This document shows, one piece after another, positions 37,501 through 48,300 of a DNA stretch of 64,000 nucleotides. The DNA lies in the IMG/VR virus record IMGVR_UViG_3300048587_000705, positions 1-64,000 of that record; one strand, written 5' to 3'. The position numbers and the translations under genes were made by a program. The notes below the pieces were generated by a model that saw nothing but the letters and a program-made list of their open reading frames with translations, was not told the DNA's origin and searched no databases. Position 1 is the stretch's first letter. Each line of letters begins with the position of its first letter. The DNA comes from a virus.

Positions 37501-40386
37501 CTCAAAGGCTTTCTGTAACATATCAAAGAACTTGGGAGATATCCTTCTGTCCTTTGACGCCATAAAATCATCTATCTCTTTTTGAGAAGGGTCTTGCCCG
37601 TTATTGTTGATTTTATACTGCTCTGTAAACTGCTCAACGGTTTTTATAAAATCCCCCTCGAACTTGTTCAGGTCTACCGCTATCTGGGCGTCCTGTGACA
37701 AAGTCTGGGCCGGGTCTATCACAACATCCCCGTTGGCATCTACTTTCAATCCTTTTTTAAGGTTGCCCACTTCGTCGTAATAGCTTTTCTTGAACTTTTT
37801 ATCGGCCAAGAAATCCTCATATTTCTGTCTGTCGTATTCGTCAAGGTTACGTAGGTCTATCACCCCGTCCTTTGTCGCCTTTCTGTTGAGGGATGATATA
37901 TCGGAATAATATGCCATTATATACCCTATCCCTACCTCGGATACACCACTGTCCTCTATACGTTTCTCAAACTTGTCGTAATAGGCGTCGTTCATCCTTC
38001 TCTCTACAAGTGGCTGTTTTCTCTTTTTTATCTGCCTGTTGAGTTCTCCCTTGTTCTCCGGCGAGAGTTTCTGTTCAAGATTTCGCCTTTCCTTTAATAT
38101 ATCCTCATCGGACATCTGTTTTGTATTGCCCTTTTTATCTGTTGTCTGGTAATCGGACTTTGGTGCCACTTTTTTGTACTCTTCCAAAAATATATTGTCG
38201 AGATCCGCGTTGAACCTTTCCCAGTCGTATTCGCTGATAATGTTTCCCGATTTTTTGTCAACAAAATCCCGTCCCATGTTGCGCACGTTGTACCCTATCT
38301 CCCTGAACCTTTTTAAGGCGTTCTGTAGGCTATTGGTGGTATCTTGGTTCCTTTCCTGTTCTATATCCTTTGCCTTTACGCCCAATAGTGCCAGAATAGG
38401 GTCACGGGAATGTATTATCTGCCCAAAGTTTTGGTGGAAAAATGTGGTGTCGTGCTCGGCTGTCTTTATCCAATTCTGTACCCTCTCCCTATACTCCTCT
38501 GGAAGGTTGTGCCTGTCCATTACCTGTTGTACAAGGTTGTCCACGGCATCGGTTACGTGCAGTTTCTTTTTTGCCTCAAGGTCGGTCATCTTTTGCCCTA
38601 TGGTGTCGATGTCCTTTGATATCTTTGCAACGGTCTCCTTGTTGTAGTCCATCTGGGGGGCAAGTTGCTTTATTTCGGCAAGTGCCTTTGTCAGAACGCC
38701 TTTCAAAGAATGGTACACAATGTTCTGTTCCGTTGTAAACGGTGTCTTGTCCGCTTCCCCTATCGCGGCGTCCATCCTTCGGATATAACTGTTGGTAAGT
38801 GATATGAGTCCTGTGATTGCCTCAAGTTCCTCGTTGCGCTCAAGTTCCTCTTCGAGTTTGTTGAGCTCGGCGCGCTCAAGGTTTGACGTATCGCCCGTTG
38901 CCCTGTATGCACGTAGTATCTGCTCCCGTATCTGTCTTGCTGATACCTGTACCGCCTTTCTTATCCTTTCCGTTGCACGTTCCTGTTCCGTTTGTGGGTT
39001 GTTGGAGATGGCGTAAAGTCTGAACCTGTTGTCCTTGAAATTATCGGTATCGAGTACGTTGGAAACATCCTCCATAAAAAGGATGTCCTCTATCTCGTTT
39101 TTATAGGTCTCAAGGTCTTTTTGGTACTGGGGCTTGAAATAGTCTTTTACTTTTTGGAAAAACTCGTTGAACAGCGTCTGTAATCTGTTTATGATATTGG
39201 TCTGTGTCTCGGATTGTCCTTCCTGCGCCTGAAACCTGTTCAGGAGCGCATTTTTCAACACCTTTCCAAGTACTTCCCTGCGTACCGCCTGCTCAAGTTC
39301 CTCGCCTTGGTAGTCGTCGCGGTATATCTCCCTATAAACCTGAGAGTACTGTGCCCATTCCCGTGTACGGTGCACGTTCCTAAGCAAGTTCTCTATTTTT
39401 TCCTGTGGCAGTGCCTCGTTTATAAAGTGGGTGGTTTCCTCAGTTAAATCCTCTAAAGTTATTTCCCCGCCCTCAAAGGCGATTACTTGGTTGGCTATAT
39501 CGGCCAGTGCCCTTGCCGAAGGGTTTGTACCGTTCCTTTTTGCGTACTTTGTGTTGTATTCCACTATGGAGGTGGTAGATACTCCCAATTTGTTCAACAG
39601 GTCCATCAAAAGGAGTTGTAGCTGTTGTTCTGTCCTTGGTCTTGCCCGTTCCTCTTGTAATCTTTTTCCGTTCAGTGCCTTTGCCCACTCCCTGCCCGTT
39701 ACGGCGCCTATGGCAACGTCCTCACCATATTTGTTTTTCACCTCGGGGAACGGGGCGGTATTTAAGTACTCACTGTCCACATATTCCGTTTTTTCGCCTC
39801 TTTGTATCCTTACCTTGTCGTTGGTCTTTTGTAATAAAAACGTATCCCCGTCACGTCCTACACCTTCGGTTCCAAGGTATAGTCGGGCATCTTCTTCAAG
39901 AAGTTCGCTGTTGATTGTCTGGAATATATCTGTCTCCCCTGCGGACTCAAACCTGTACTCCCCGTTTGATACCTGTTTTTTACGGTCTTTTAATAGGTTG
40001 TTTTTAATAGCGTGGTTTATAAAGCCTGTTTGCGTATCGCGATTTGCGATGTTGGTTGTTTTTATAAGTGGAAAGAACTTGCCTCCCGTTTCAAGTCCTA
40101 CTTCTATCTCACCGTTCTCGGGGGTGTTCTTTACGGCCTCTTTGTACGATGTATAAATGTTGTCGCCGTTTTTGTGCGATACCCTTACGTTGTCCTCCCC
40201 GACTGTCTGTTTTTGTACTTTTTTTGAGAACACGTTTTTGTAAAGTTCCAGAGCGTCCTCTTTTGAGCCTACTAGTGGGTGTGAGGCTATGTCGATAAAA
40301 AGACGGCTCTGTTGTCCGCCCTCTTTTCTTACGTCCTGTATGGCGTTTGTCTTTGGGTCTCTTATTATTTTGCAGTTGCTTGGCAT
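34570..40386 (-). CDS. giant virion/ejected protein (crAss-like cargo cluster)
   Basis: 1938 aa; degenerate zincin EETTH; C-terminal hydrophobic helices. Confidence 0.8.
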   Translation of the reverse strand: MPSNCKIIRDPKTNAIQDVRKEGGQQSRLFIDIASHPLVGSKEDALELYKNVFSKKVQKQTVGEDNVRVSHKNGDNIYTSYKEAVKNTPENGEIEVGLETGGKFFPLIKTTNIANRDTQTGFINHAIKNNLLKDRKKQVSNGEYRFESAGETDIFQTINSELLEEDARLYLGTEGVGRDGDTFLLQKTNDKVRIQRGEKTEYVDSEYLNTAPFPEVKNKYGEDVAIGAVTGREWAKALNGKRLQEERARPRTEQQLQLLLMDLLNKLGVSTTSIVEYNTKYAKRNGTNPSARALADIANQVIAFEGGEITLEDLTEETTHFINEALPQEKIENLLRNVHRTREWAQYSQVYREIYRDDYQGEELEQAVRREVLGKVLKNALLNRFQAQEGQSETQTNIINRLQTLFNEFFQKVKDYFKPQYQKDLETYKNEIEDILFMEDVSNVLDTDNFKDNRFRLYAISNNPQTEQERATERIRKAVQVSARQIREQILRAYRATGDTSNLERAELNKLEEELERNEELEAITGLISLTNSYIRRMDAAIGEADKTPFTTEQNIVYHSLKGVLTKALAEIKQLAPQMDYNKETVAKISKDIDTIGQKMTDLEAKKKLHVTDAVDNLVQQVMDRHNLPEEYRERVQNWIKTAEHDTTFFHQNFGQIIHSRDPILALLGVKAKDIEQERNQDTTNSLQNALKRFREIGYNVRNMGRDFVDKKSGNIISEYDWERFNADLDNIFLEEYKKVAPKSDYQTTDKKGNTKQMSDEDILKERRNLEQKLSPENKGELNRQIKKRKQPLVERRMNDAYYDKFEKRIEDSGVSEVGIGYIMAYYSDISSLNRKATKDGVIDLRNLDEYDRQKYEDFLADKKFKKSYYDEVGNLKKGLKVDANGDVVIDPAQTLSQDAQIAVDLNKFEGDFIKTVEQFTEQYKINNNGQDPSQKEIDDFMASKDRRISPKFFDMLQKAFEVSPEEGMRFLKLNSYMGFSDQFWNDLQQNQSLREKITAPEVYTGDNMAEVDAILETLDTKGKALKAILKQFQHKNNPSEIDVQRMPSVTRDAVKKLQEDITNAYRKASKLIEEQTGETFSDVDTETTTNESYRKILIDLGLNIEENDSAQEINRKLDEQVEYARQHMTADNAKGLSDAIYFLNRYLEGKTGEKTNKAIDSVLDENGWEMQDLEDIRVKQQVVEQLITRRLLPYYKRFAPSQYGVFLQAMQDPNVPAKNKVESIKQGTYNYIEIAPNTSFLEIGGVDDLNPNFIPEFYGGYDQPKLSKYYNKDFEKIKNDPKLYEAYKATLEWNSEGLDAMQIGGTYNRYTMPQFRKGTIQRAKDLTKNLSAQSIKEAWTEAITFTPDELIQGETQFGNSIKVIPNIGTNRLENQEDVSDDLFWSIAARNSEGFLKRARLNAYGDIMALSDAIDKRTTGNGKEVTATNTYKMFQNFMDYTLFGVKETWTYEVDVPFLGKVDVAKVVRNIVKYVKFRNLGLNAIIPITSAITGKVQLLIESLVGEHIGRDSLKLGRRALTKLMPEAMGDFNKLGKKSKLNVILQHFRAFSALESLQNSNYSGAARFLPKISMGLHELANFPLYGEVALGTLFDYRVVDGSIINRNNFNDLNKGKTKKEIDSLWRAQEENAFYNFIDVNDGILSFDEQKLKTLLTDTDGNPMSDERFKQYLDNKVKGIQTRMGEIILNVDTQIPTETRVAAQRNALFSILLTHRSFLITNISRRTRSEFYNPMTGELEEGTYRSAANFLNASVQELRKMGTANFIRAFKEQWKNSSVAERRNLKRVAVDISVLTLMAAIGYLIVGAADDDEEGEQYALQAVAYFYQRLLNETSSVQKIGMVTSVNDTLESPIIGLNIVQNIFKAQDLFSGDIIKQGSYKGSTERFRYLSKMMAGVSQYNYLNSGRALKTARHQYEYFNSSNLKATPFSFIVDRLENKEE

Positions 40387-40694
40387 TCCTGTTGGGTCTT
40401 TTTAATAATTTTAACCTGTTCTTTTATGTTCGGTGATAGGTATTTTCTTTTTATGTTTTCCGCGACGTTCCTTATATGTGTTGGTATGGATATATTTGAA
40501 CTGTTCTCCTTTCTGAGTTGGTCGGATTTTTGTTGCACCACCTCGAGTATCAAATGACACTCCTCGTAGTTTTCACTTTGTTCGTACTCCTCTAACAAAT
40601 ATAAAAGGGGAAATATTCCCCACCTATGTGCGTGGGCGAGGTAGTCTGCCTTTTTTACCTCTTTGATATTGTCGATTTTGTCCTTTAGCCGCAT
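40365..40694 (-). CDS. hypothetical protein
   Basis: UVR-like EEYEQSENYEEC motif; overlaps both neighbours. Confidence 0.6.
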   Translation of the reverse strand: MRLKDKIDNIKEVKKADYLAHAHRWGIFPLLYLLEEYEQSENYEECHLILEVVQQKSDQLRKENSSNISIPTHIRNVAENIKRKYLSPNIKEQVKIIKKTQQECQATAK

Positions 40695-43600
40695 TCGAGT
40701 TCGCTGTTTATCTGTTGTTCCTCTTGTTTTGTAAAAAGTTTACTAATCTTTATCTCCGGTTCTTTTACTTGTTCGGTATTGTCCATTTCCACATCTATCT
40801 CTGGTACCATATCGGTAAGCAGTATATATGGTGATGTATTATGTGGGAGTTTTGCGTAATACCCATCGGTGGAGTTTTTTTCTGTCAGTTCATATACCCC
40901 GTCCCTTGTTCGTATAAAATTCTCTGTGGGGTTTTTCACCTTTATCGTACGGGCAGATTTTTGCTCGAACTGCCCCTTGTAGAGTGGTACGGACTTTGGG
41001 GAATTTATTGCCCTGTTGCGTTCTGCCAGTACATCGTCCACATATGAAGATTCCTCTGCTTGGGTAAAGACATTTGAATCCTTTTTCAGAGAAAAATAAT
41101 TACGTGTATCCTCGTCCATGTATTCCTCCATAATCTGTATTGACAAAGGATCGGTGTTTATCGGTTCTATTCCGTCTTTTGTTATGTTGAAATTACTGTA
41201 AAAATCTCGGTATTTCTGCGAGCCTTTTATCTTTTCTTTCAAGGACTGTTTGTTAAAGTCGGCGATAAAGTCCGTTGACAGATATTGTGTGTCGATTTCT
41301 TTGCCCACTATATTTTCCACATTTTTTATATTTTCCTGTATGTTGGTAGGCGTCCCAAAATAAACGGTGTTCAAAAAGTATACCTTTAGTTTATCGGTAT
41401 CAAAAAGGTTTCCCGTCTCTATCTCTTGCACCTGTTCGTTGGCGTAGTTCTCTATCCTGTCCCTTACCTGTGCCATATTGGTCATATTTATCCCGTCAAA
41501 TATCTCCTGTGGGAACATCTCTGGACGCTTTTCCATAATGTCCAATGTTTCTTCTAAACTTTTACGGTTGTTGGTGCGCTTGTACAGATTATTTCCTTGG
41601 TACAATAGTCCATTCTCGGCGAACATCTCAAAAGCGGTCTTTTGTTTGTTGTAGATTTTTTCGGTTGTCTGCGTTGCCCCTTTTATCTTTTCCGTCTCAA
41701 CCGTTTCAGTGTCGATATCAAAGAAACTGTCGTATACCTGTGCAAAGTTTTCCAAGTTCTGTGCGTTTAGCGTTCTTAGCGCCACCAAGAACCTTGTAAG
41801 CTCCCCTATTCCCTTTTCGGTGTATTTTTGACCTATGTCGGTAAGGTCGAGCCCTATGTCAACGGCTTTTTCTCTTAATTCTTCCAATAAATCAGCTATC
41901 TCTGATTGGCTTGTCTGCGCTATATCGGGCGGAATATTCAGTATATAGTCAATCTCTTTTCTAAGCTCGTCATTGCTCGGGTCGGTCAGGGTCTCTTGGA
42001 ACTTTTCTGCCGTCCTGTTCAATTTTCTTTCTGTTATGGTACCATCTGGCTGTACTTCCTTTACCGTAAGTTCTGTGTACTGTGACAAATCTTCAAAATC
42101 ATTTTTTGCCACTTCCATGGAGTTTTCCGCAACGGCGCTGTCAAATTCATTTCTGTCTTTTATCCCGCCGAGTGTGTCCACTATCTGTTTTTGCGCTATA
42201 TAGGGATTCGCCTGTTGGTACTTACCAACAAAATTGGGTTCCATAGATGAAATGGTGCTGTATGGCATTTCTACCTCGTCTATTGATATAGGTTCTTTGA
42301 GGTTCTGTATCTTTGCGATATTCTCTTTTATTCGCGCCTGTAAAGATATGTCCGATAATATATTTGTCGCCTCGCCTTTTGTGTATCCGTTATTGGTCAG
42401 TGTTGACATTGTAGGGGCAAACAGCCCGTTTACATAAAAAGCCTTTCTTGTCCTTTCCAATAGCGCATCAGAACTTGGTGTCTGTGCGTCAAGCGCCTTT
42501 ATGATATTTACCCTGTCCTCTTGTGTAGGTCGTATTCCTTCCGCGTTTTTTCTGTCAACATATTCATACACGTCCTTTGCAAATACCTCTCCGTTCTTGT
42601 CAAATTGTGCAGCAATAGGTTTTGGTGTTCTGTTCACGTTCCTTGCTCTTCTGACCATTTCCTGCGGTAAAAATTGGTCAGACGTAAAACCAAGACTTCT
42701 GTAAAAATTTATAAGCCCCTTTTCCGTTGTAGTTTTATCTCTTGGGTTTGCAAATAAATATACGTCCTGTCCCTCTCTATCTGTCATCAAAAGAAACTCT
42801 CGTAAGGCTTTTTTAGCCCTACCCTGTCCTCTCAAATCCTGTGGGGTATTTATCAATTCGAGTTCTATGCCACCTAATTGTTGGTTTGTAATAGGATTTA
42901 TCCTTGGGCGATAATTTATGGTCACTCCGTTTGACTTGAAAGTTCCCGTTAAATTTTCTCCCGACAAAAGGTCTTTTGATACAGCCTCTCCAAATTGTTT
43001 CAATGTCATGTTGGACACCTGTTCCGCTGTATATTGCGATAATCCAAGTATGTCTCTTACTGCGTTCCAAAAATCCTGCAACCAAGTTTTAAGGTTATTT
43101 CCCACGAGCCTTGCACCATTATCCCCAATTACTTGTGCCAAAACTTCATTCTTCCACTCCTCTGAACCCTCTTTTAAATCAGGTTGGTTGGTGTTGACAA
43201 AATCTATGTAAGACTGTGCCTCCTTTTTATTCTTTTCTATAAGGGATAATCCTGCATCATAGATTTCTTTGTTGTTTTGATTTAAAAAATCAAGATATAA
43301 GTGCCCAAATTCGTGAATACTCGTATTAGGTGACATCTTATCTTTGTTCAGATATACTTGTCCGTTGTATACGAAACCGTTTGGTGTTGTACCCTCTTTT
43401 TGTTGGTAAATATTATTTGATTGTATCGAAAAATCCCCTATGTTTGCCTCTGCGGATTTTATTTGATTTGGGTCAAATACGGCAAAAGTTTCATGTTCAA
43501 TATCATTCACTTCATCATCAAAAAAAGTACCATCATAGCCTTCTTCTTTTATCTTTTCTATAACTCCTTTTGATTCAAGTATTTCCCAAGTTTGAGTGTT

Positions 43601-45235
43601 TTGAAAATTATATATATCTATCCCGCTCTCCTTATCTAAATATTGCTCTGCGTCACTCCATTTAAACAACGTTTCAGGGTACTTTAATGACAGAAAAACA
43701 GGTGTAATGTTATTTCCATGCTCTTTGGCTGCCTTTTTTTTAGGGGTAAAAAAGAAAGCATCTACCTCTACATCATACTCACTAAAAAGTACCCACCTTT
43801 TGGATTTGGATTTTTTAAAAGTGTCAATATTTTTATTAGATGATCCATGGTAAACTACAAGGGGTTCCCCATTTTTATCTATTACTTTGCTTGAATTAAA
43901 TGGGTTTCCTTCCCAATCACCAAACCAATCTTTAAATGCCTGTGTCCTGACTTGTAACCATTGATTTTCCGTAAGGTTTGTAGGCTTTCCGTTGGGGGCT
44001 TTCATAAAAATTCCTTGCGAAATGGCATTCTCTTTGATTTTTTCCATTTCTGTATTTAACACCTGTTGTTTTTTTACTTCATCTTGTATAGAGCCAAGTT
44101 TTTCCTCTATCTCGGAATTGGTCAGTATATTAACTTTTTTTGCAAGTCCTGTCTTTTCCAACTGTTCCGTGACAGGTAAAGATAGGTTTCTTTTGAGTGA
44201 TAGTTGTTTGGTTGCTTGGTTTATGTATATTTGGTCCTCTGGTGTTATATCAAAATCATCTGATATAAGTGAATTGGATATATCAAAATCAAAATAAGTG
44301 TTTCTTTTAACTATTGCCCTTGCTTCTACCTCACCACTTATGGTTTGATACAATTCTTGTTGTACCTGCAATCTTTTAACCCTGTTTGGCTCTTTGTAAT
44401 ATCTTAACACACCTTTTAATATATTTTTATCTGATAGGTTTAAATTATTGTCTTTTAATTTTTGCTCTATCAATGCTACATTCCCTTCTTCGGGCTCCAC
44501 CAATAAGTTTTTTCCAATAAGTACTGATGCTCTTTCAAAAACCGTTGTAGCTCCTCCTCCTGTACCATATCCCTCAACATATTGTACTTTATGCCCCAAT
44601 TCGTGAAGCAATGTTTCCCATAGTTCCACATTATGTCCTCCTTCATTGGTACCTGATTTTTTGGGAAATATATGTTCCATAGTTCTGGCACTGATATTAA
44701 TTGAGTCACTAACTGGGTCATATCCTCCGTAAACTGTTGTTCCATCATCTTCAATAATATTTATTTTTAAATCCCCGTATATTTTTATCAAATCGTTTCC
44801 TTCTACGATATCTGATAACCTATATGTCTCTCCCTCTTTTAAATCAATTGTTTTTAGGTTACCGTCAGGTATCTCGAATCGCCACTTATTGTCAACAGGG
44901 TTTCGCTCCCACATAGTGAGTTTTTTTATATACCTTTTTGATTTACCCTCTTTTTCAAGCTGTACGGCAAGATTTAAGTTGTCTATCCTGTTTGTAACAT
45001 TTTCTATGTTATCAAGTTGTGTGGCGCCTTTTATTCCCGTTATAGATTTTTTTACCAGTATGTTCTTTGGCTTTACCACTTCCTCTAAAAAATCCTCCGT
45101 TACGGTAATAGTGTACAGATCCTCTGCGTTGTCGGGAGTCCTTTTTTTTAGTTCATCAAAGAGTATGCTCCGCTCACCATTGTTGGCTTCGGCGTACACA
45201 GGGTTTCCTTGTTTGTCTTTTATTATACAGGACAT
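40685..45235 (-). CDS. large polyvalent virion protein: LPD23, zincin, ADP-ribosyltransferase-like, zincin, GNAT
   Basis: WERNPVDNKWRFEI; HELGH...GEVEAR; FKDWFGDW...PLVVYHGS...GYDG...FDPNQIKSA; HEFGH; RGQGRAK...NFYRSLGF. Confidence 0.85.
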   Translation of the reverse strand: MSCIIKDKQGNPVYAEANNGERSILFDELKKRTPDNAEDLYTITVTEDFLEEVVKPKNILVKKSITGIKGATQLDNIENVTNRIDNLNLAVQLEKEGKSKRYIKKLTMWERNPVDNKWRFEIPDGNLKTIDLKEGETYRLSDIVEGNDLIKIYGDLKINIIEDDGTTVYGGYDPVSDSINISARTMEHIFPKKSGTNEGGHNVELWETLLHELGHKVQYVEGYGTGGGATTVFERASVLIGKNLLVEPEEGNVALIEQKLKDNNLNLSDKNILKGVLRYYKEPNRVKRLQVQQELYQTISGEVEARAIVKRNTYFDFDISNSLISDDFDITPEDQIYINQATKQLSLKRNLSLPVTEQLEKTGLAKKVNILTNSEIEEKLGSIQDEVKKQQVLNTEMEKIKENAISQGIFMKAPNGKPTNLTENQWLQVRTQAFKDWFGDWEGNPFNSSKVIDKNGEPLVVYHGSSNKNIDTFKKSKSKRWVLFSEYDVEVDAFFFTPKKKAAKEHGNNITPVFLSLKYPETLFKWSDAEQYLDKESGIDIYNFQNTQTWEILESKGVIEKIKEEGYDGTFFDDEVNDIEHETFAVFDPNQIKSAEANIGDFSIQSNNIYQQKEGTTPNGFVYNGQVYLNKDKMSPNTSIHEFGHLYLDFLNQNNKEIYDAGLSLIEKNKKEAQSYIDFVNTNQPDLKEGSEEWKNEVLAQVIGDNGARLVGNNLKTWLQDFWNAVRDILGLSQYTAEQVSNMTLKQFGEAVSKDLLSGENLTGTFKSNGVTINYRPRINPITNQQLGGIELELINTPQDLRGQGRAKKALREFLLMTDREGQDVYLFANPRDKTTTEKGLINFYRSLGFTSDQFLPQEMVRRARNVNRTPKPIAAQFDKNGEVFAKDVYEYVDRKNAEGIRPTQEDRVNIIKALDAQTPSSDALLERTRKAFYVNGLFAPTMSTLTNNGYTKGEATNILSDISLQARIKENIAKIQNLKEPISIDEVEMPYSTISSMEPNFVGKYQQANPYIAQKQIVDTLGGIKDRNEFDSAVAENSMEVAKNDFEDLSQYTELTVKEVQPDGTITERKLNRTAEKFQETLTDPSNDELRKEIDYILNIPPDIAQTSQSEIADLLEELREKAVDIGLDLTDIGQKYTEKGIGELTRFLVALRTLNAQNLENFAQVYDSFFDIDTETVETEKIKGATQTTEKIYNKQKTAFEMFAENGLLYQGNNLYKRTNNRKSLEETLDIMEKRPEMFPQEIFDGINMTNMAQVRDRIENYANEQVQEIETGNLFDTDKLKVYFLNTVYFGTPTNIQENIKNVENIVGKEIDTQYLSTDFIADFNKQSLKEKIKGSQKYRDFYSNFNITKDGIEPINTDPLSIQIMEEYMDEDTRNYFSLKKDSNVFTQAEESSYVDDVLAERNRAINSPKSVPLYKGQFEQKSARTIKVKNPTENFIRTRDGVYELTEKNSTDGYYAKLPHNTSPYILLTDMVPEIDVEMDNTEQVKEPEIKISKLFTKQEEQQINSELECG

Positions 45236-45349
45236 TATTTTATTTATTTTTTAATTTGTTATATATCATATTCGATAATATACCTAACAACATTCCAGTA
45301 ATTATTGATATGTATATTAATAAAATTATCAACACTTATCTCTACCATA

Positions 45350-48300
45350 CTAATTACAGTTGTTTACTTTTGGTTTATTATCTTTTACCTGTTGTGCCAC
45401 CGTTTGGTTCTTTATCCCTGCCTTTAGGCTACCAAGTTCTTTTTCAAGTTGTTCATGGCGGGCTATCTGTTCCCTTATCTTACCTATCTTTGACTGTCCT
45501 ATGTTGTCGCGCACCTTTTTGGGCATTATCTTTATAACCTCTTTCAGCATATTTACGTTGGACATCGTTTCAAGTGCGTTGTTCGGCTCTTTTTGTACGT
45601 CAGTGCCGTCCATTGCGTCCACGAACCTTCCTTCGGTCATGTCCTGATATGCGGGATTGGTCAACCAATCTTGGTATATATCCTGCATATCCTGTGACAA
45701 GCTCTTTTCAAGGTTGAGTTTCTCCGTTTCGCTGCCCTCAAAAAGTCCTTTCAGTATATCAAGCTCCCCTACTTGTTCCACGTTTTCAAGGTCAAGTATC
45801 ATTTTCCCTGTGTTGAACGGTCTGTTGGATATGTCTATGGCTATTTCCGCCTGTTGTTGGAGCAAAGATACGTTAAATTTTTCATTTATCCAAGTTTCTA
45901 TATCGGCAAATTCATTTATTTTTTCAAATCGGTCAAATAATCTTGTAAGGGTATCTATATTTCCGTCCGATGTAAGCGCCTGTGAGGGGTCGAAAATGTA
46001 TTCCGAGGGCGACACACCGTTCTGTACCAAAAACTCGTTCAGATGCTTTATCTGCTGTGAAACGGGTACGTTCAGGTTCCCTATCTCCACTATCCTGCGG
46101 GTAAGGTCAACCTCTGTTTTTATCAATGACACGGGAAAAGCTATGTTCCTGCCGTTATAGTCGAACACTATAATAGGTGTCTTTTCGCTGAACTTCTGTA
46201 CGAACATCTTTTCCGCCTCTATTTTTTTGTTCAGTTTCAGTTCACCATTCTTTACATACCCCACTGCGACCACTTTTTTCATCATCTCGGGGGTGAATTT
46301 CTGTGTCGTGGGCACAAGGGAATTATTTTCTCCCTCTTTCACCTTATAATTCGGGCTCCCTATCAATACTTTTTCAATAGGTATGGAAACGTTCATATCG
46401 AACCTTCCGCTCTTGCCGTCCATTACGTTCCTTGTGGCGCGCTCCCTAAGTGCCAAAAGTGTCTGTGTTGCCTCGGAGTTTGCGTTGAAGCTCTGTTGGA
46501 ACGCCTTGAAACTGCCAAGTATTTCCCCGTTCTCTGTGGTGACGAATATATGTAGGTTTTCCTTTAGCTGTTTTTCTGCCTCTCTTAGTTTTTCCTCTTT
46601 GTTCTTTGCGCGGGATTTCTTTGCCCTTTGATAGTTGTCTATGAGTTTTTTGTTATAATTGTCATTGGTATCCACCTGTAAACTTATCTTGTCACCGGGC
46701 TTTTGCCTGTCTACAAGTTCTTTGTTAAGTTGGTTCTCCCCATATCCAAAATCGCCCTGTAGGGGAATATACTCGTCCCCCACTTTTTCATAGATGTCAA
46801 AGGATGATTTGTCGCCGTAGTCCACTATCTTTATCCTGTCGGTGGACTCCAACAGAGTGTTCATCTGTTCCTTGCCTACGGTTATCCTCGCCGACTGTCC
46901 TATGGTGAACTCTACACTCTCTCCCGTTGGTAGTTGCAGTACAAATTTTCTGCCCTGTTCCTTTATGTTGTTCGTGTCAATAGGTACAAGCTCTCCTTTT
47001 GCGTTCTTTTCGGACAATATACTGCCCTCAAAATACTGTGGCAGTGACGTTATGTCCAAATGTGATATCTGGTAGGTGCTCTGCAAACTTTTCACCTTTA
47101 CGTTGTCGGGCGTCTGTACGGGTCTTGCCGTATCATAGGTGGACATTTCCACATCGGGCGCCGATTGTACGGTCAAATAATCTTGTTGGGTCAGTTCAGT
47201 CTTTGTATCCTGTTTGTCAAGTTGTGTCTGGTACTGCTCTATAAGCTGTAATAGGTCTACAATGGAATTGCCCTCTACCGTTACGCCGTCCAGTACATTC
47301 CAGTTGCCGAGTTTTCTGTTCAGCTTGGTAAAATCCTCTATTTCCTGTTCGTTGAAACCCTCTGCCTTTAACTGCTCGGGGTCTGTGGTTGGTTGCGACA
47401 TTCTTTGTATGTATCCCGTGTACTTGTCGATGTCTTTCTGCGACGGTTTTGATTTCAACAGCTCATCAAATTCCTCCCCCTTATATTCCTTCGTATAGGA
47501 GTTGCCCTGTATCATCTGTTTTATCTGTTGGATGATTTTTTGAATAGGGTCGGTCTGTTCTGTCTGTTCTTTGTTTATGGTATTATTTTCTAAAGCATTT
47601 ATTTCAGCATCATATTTAGCGTTTATTTCATCACTAACAGATTCTCCTGCTTTTAGTTTTGTTTTACCATCTATTTTATCTTGAATCCAATCTTTTACAA
47701 AAGAAGCATCTACTTGTTTTCTTCTTATATTATTATCTATAAGTTTTATATATATATCTTCTGCTGATAAACCTTGTTTAATCCATTTATTAATTAAAGC
47801 TTCTACTCTTTTATATTCTGATTCTGTTAAATCAATGTTGTCTCCATTAGGATTATTTTTAACAAATTTATTTTTAAAAGGAGACTCTTTCTCTAACTCT
47901 TCTTGTCTTCTTTTATTTATTTTGTTTATTTTAGACTGATTATCTGTTTTCGTTTGTATAGGTGGGGCTTCCATGGTCTCCTCGACAGGTTCTGTTTCTA
48001 TAGGGGCTCCGTCTTCCTGTGTCTTTGTTACCTCGGCTATGTTGTCCTGCGTGTAGTTTTCGACAATGTTCTGGAAAAATGCAAGTTCTCCCTCTTCCAG
48101 AGATTTGTTCTTTGAAAAAAGTTTTTGTACGTAGCCATTTATCTCGGTCATGCGCAGGGACGGATCCACCATTTTCTGTGCGAGGGTGTTGTAGGTCCTT
48201 GCATACTCTACCGCCCGTTCGTACTCCTTTAGCTTAGTCTTTATCCGTGCATAGGCAGTTGGGTCGGTACTTGATAGGCTCTCTATGGAACCCACAAGTT

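Noticed and set aside
44255-44295. DFDIS / DDFDIT as an RNA polymerase catalytic motif
   Set aside because: The third Asp is missing and the site sits in a linker after a zincin domain
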